A stretch of DNA of 64,000 bases from an uncultured Planctomycetota bacterium (GTDB taxonomy: Bacteria > Planctomycetota > Planctomycetia > Gemmatales > Gemmataceae): contig CAWKHF010000010.1 in assembly GCA_963849325.1 (NCBI GenBank), positions 1 through 64,000 of the forward strand. The letters are read 5' to 3'. The notes under the pieces are model-generated. The model was not told the DNA's origin and made no database searches. It saw nothing but the letters and a program-made list of their open reading frames with translations. A program made the position numbers and the translations under genes. Positions 61,347 to 64,000 of the stretch are shown one piece after another. The stretch's first letter is position 1. Each line of letters starts with the position of its first letter.

Positions 61347-61835
61347 ATGCCTTACACTCCCATCCTCGCCACGCTGGGTTACATCCTGTCGCCGGACGGC
61401 CGGCGCGTTCTGCTGATCCATCGCAACCGTCGCCCGGACGATCCGCACTTCGGCAAGTACAACGGCCTGGGCGGCAAGATCGATGCGGGCGAGGACGTGA
61501 TAGCTTGCTTCCGCCGCGAGGTCCGCGAGGAGAGCGGGCTGGAGTGCGACGAACTGGTGCTCCGCGGCACGGTCAGCTGGCCTGGCTTCGGCAAATACGG
61601 AGAGGATTGGTTCGGCTTCGTTTTCCGCGTCGATCGTTTCCACGGCCAACCTCTCGCCGGCAATGCGGAGGGCAGCCTCGAATGGGTCGAGGTGGCGCGC
61701 GTGCTGGAGCTGCCGCTGTGGGAAGGGGATCGCCACTTCCTGCCCCTGGTCTTCGAGCGCACGGAGCGACAATTCCACGGCGTCATGCCTTATCGCGATG
61801 GACGTCCGGTCTCTTGGAGTTACAGCCTGTTGTGA
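61347..61835 (+). CDS. NUDIX hydrolase, 8-oxo-dGTP diphosphatase-like
   Basis: KYNGLGGKIDAGE...REVREESGL Nudix box; LPLWEGD. Confidence 0.92.
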   Translation: MPYTPILATLGYILSPDGRRVLLIHRNRRPDDPHFGKYNGLGGKIDAGEDVIACFRREVREESGLECDELVLRGTVSWPGFGKYGEDWFGFVFRVDRFHGQPLAGNAEGSLEWVEVARVLELPLWEGDRHFLPLVFERTERQFHGVMPYRDGRPVSWSYSLL

Positions 61836-61847
61836 ACCGGGCCGACT

Positions 61848-63923
61848 TCACTTCAACGCCGCCTCCGCCGCCTCGACGCCGACAAGCGGCGCCTGACAGG
61901 TGAAGTTCTGACAGACGTAGGTTGTAACCGTCCCCTGGCCGGTCTTGCCGGCGAGCAGCGGCAGCATCTCTTCCAACTTTTTATCATCTGAACCTGGGGC
62001 TTTCAGGGCCACGACGCAGTTGGGGCGGAACGAGGCGCAGGAGGAGGCGCAAGACGCGGCGCGTGTCCTCGGAAGCTGGGTCGCCGACGACCGCAATCTC
62101 TTGGACCGGTCCCAAATGGAAATCCAGGGCGAGGAGCATCTGTCCCGCCGCCAGCGGATGCGCCGCCAGTAGTCCGCGATACAGCCGCAGCGTCGTCTCC
62201 GCCTTCTCTTGCAGGTCCATGCGGCCAGTCAGTTTCACCAGCCGCAAGAGAGCCGTCACGGCCATCGAATTGCCGGACGGGATGGCGTTGTCGTGGGGAT
62301 CCTTGCCGCGTGCGATCAGCGACTCATGATCGCGTCCGGTGTAGAAGAAACCACCGTCGGCCGTGTCCCAGAACTGATCGATCATCGTCTCGGTCAGGTC
62401 CAGCGCCGTCTCGATCCAGCGCGGCGCGAAGGTCGCCTCGTACAGCGACACCAGGCCGTCGAGCAAGAACGAATAATCTTCGAGATAGGCGTTCAGCTTC
62501 GGCTCGGAACCGGCGCTCCAGGTGCGCAGCAGCCGGCCGTCCTTGGTGCGCAGGCGCGTGAGAAGGAAATCGGCGGCGCGGGCGGCGGCCTCGGCGTAAT
62601 CGGGGCGGTCAAGTACCTGCGCTGCCTGGGCCAGCACGCCGATCATGAGGCCATTCCACGAGGTCAGCGCCTTCTCGTCCCGTCCAGGCCAGACGCGCTG
62701 GCTTCGCACCTCGAAGAGCTTGCGCCGACAGACATCGAGTCGGCGCGCAGGTCCGGCTCGCTTCGTCCGTGGAGACGTGCATACTGGGCGAACGTCTTGA
62801 CGCGATGGAGGATATTCTTGCCATCTTCCCAGTTGCCTTCCGGCTCGATGCCGTAAACGACGTTGAAGAGTTCCGCGTCCTCTCGGCCGAGGATCTGCTC
62901 GATCTCCGCCGCCGACCAGACGTAGAACTTGCCCTCCTCGCCCTCGCTATCGGCGTCAAGCGTGCTGTAAAAAGGACCGTCGGGACTGGTCATCTCGCGC
63001 AGCACCCAACCCAGGGTCTCCTCGACGACCTCGCGGTAGAACGGCTCGCCGGTGGCCTGGAACGTCTCCAGGTAGCAGGGCAGGAGCAGGGCGTTGTCGT
63101 ACAGCATCTTCTCGAAGTGCGGCACGAGCCAGCGTTCGTCCGTACTGTAGCGAGCGAAGCCACCGCCGAGGTGGTCGTAGATGCCCCCCCGCGCCATGTG
63201 GTCGAGGGTGACGCGAACCATCTCCAGGGCTTGCGGGTCGTCGAAGCGCCGCCAGCAGCGCAGCAGCAGGCGCAGGTCCATCGGATGCGGAAACTTGGGC
63301 GCCTGTCCGAAACCGCCGTGCCGCGAATCGAACGCCCGCGATAGACCGCTCAGCGCCTGCCGCAACAGCGTGGCATCGAGTTCGCCTTCCTCGGCTTCCA
63401 GCCGGCCGAAGTCCTGCAAGTGTCCCGTGATCTGCGCCGCCGCCTCGTTGACCTCGGCGCGGCGCGTCTTCCACACTTCCGCGATGTGCAGCAGCAGCCG
63501 CTTGAAACCGGGTCGGCCATAGCGGTCGTCCGGCGGGAAGTAGGTGCCGCCGGTGAAGGGGCGCAGGTCCGGCGTCAGAAATACCGACATCGGCCAGCCG
63601 CCCGAACCGGTCAGCATCTGCACCGACGCCATGTAAATCTGATCGAGGTCCGGCCGCTCCTCTCGATCAACCTTGATGCTAACGAAGTAGTCATTGAGGA
63701 TTTGGGCGATCTCTTCATTCTCAAAACTCTCGTGCTCCATGACGTGGCACCAGTGACAGGCCGAGTAGCCGATGCTGAGGAAGATGGGCCGGTCGAGCCG
63801 CTTCGCCCGCTCCAGCGCTTCCGGTCCCCAGGGAAACCAGTCCACGGGGTTATGGGCGTGCTGCCGCAAGTAGGGGCTGGTTTCGTGGCTGAGCCGGTTG
63901 GTGAAGGTTGCGTGCTCGGACAT
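61848..63923 (-). CDS. YyaL/SPATA20-family thioredoxin-domain protein (DUF255; indels near 62730, 62040)
   Basis: [70 protein letters not shown]. Confidence 0.93.
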
Positions 63924-64000
63924 GGTTCATCTCCGCGGGCGGCGCGATCGTGCTCCCTCCTAGCATGTTATGAAACTCGGCCCTCGATGCGGGGAAGGGT

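Overview
A GC-rich bacterial chromosomal segment, most likely Planctomycetota (Gemmataceae-like). This is inferred from DUF1553 and DUF1559-type domains, Uma2 paralogs, a TPR/RpoA-CTD protein and many ECF sigma and hybrid-kinase genes. Many genes are split by single-base indels that look like long-read assembly errors, so several coordinates below are joined across frames. Contents in order: THUMP-type RNA methyltransferase; TPR protein with two RNA polymerase alpha-CTDs; cyclase; TIGR00300-family enzyme; an atypical TPR/J-domain/GrpE/Hsp70/Zn-ribbon operon; two Uma2 genes; a suf operon (Rrf2, sufB, sufC, sufD, fused sufS-sufE, DUF59) with three paralogous toxin-antitoxin-like pairs between sufB and sufC; USP; two ECF sigma/anti-sigma loci; dgkA; CHAD and a membrane GTPase; proS; an orphan toxin-tip/immunity-like cassette; a large two-component operon ending in a divergent Glu/Leu/Phe/Val-dehydrogenase-like gene; a YbaK-receiver fusion; rtcB with archease; serine hydrolase; PQQ-like propeller; ftsK; trmL; two more hybrid kinases with a RedB-like partner; NUDIX; YyaL-family protein. 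Many intergenic palindromic repeats occur. I saw no rRNA, tRNA, CRISPR array, integrase or transposase. The most notable pattern is that four small accessory cassettes are each flanked by a short diverged duplicate of the end of the neighbouring gene (sufB 3', sufC 5', Uma2 3', proS 3'), and a fifth, empty duplicate sits at the dnaK 5' end. This suggests repeated cassette insertion by gene-end replacement, with no recombinase encoded in the window.
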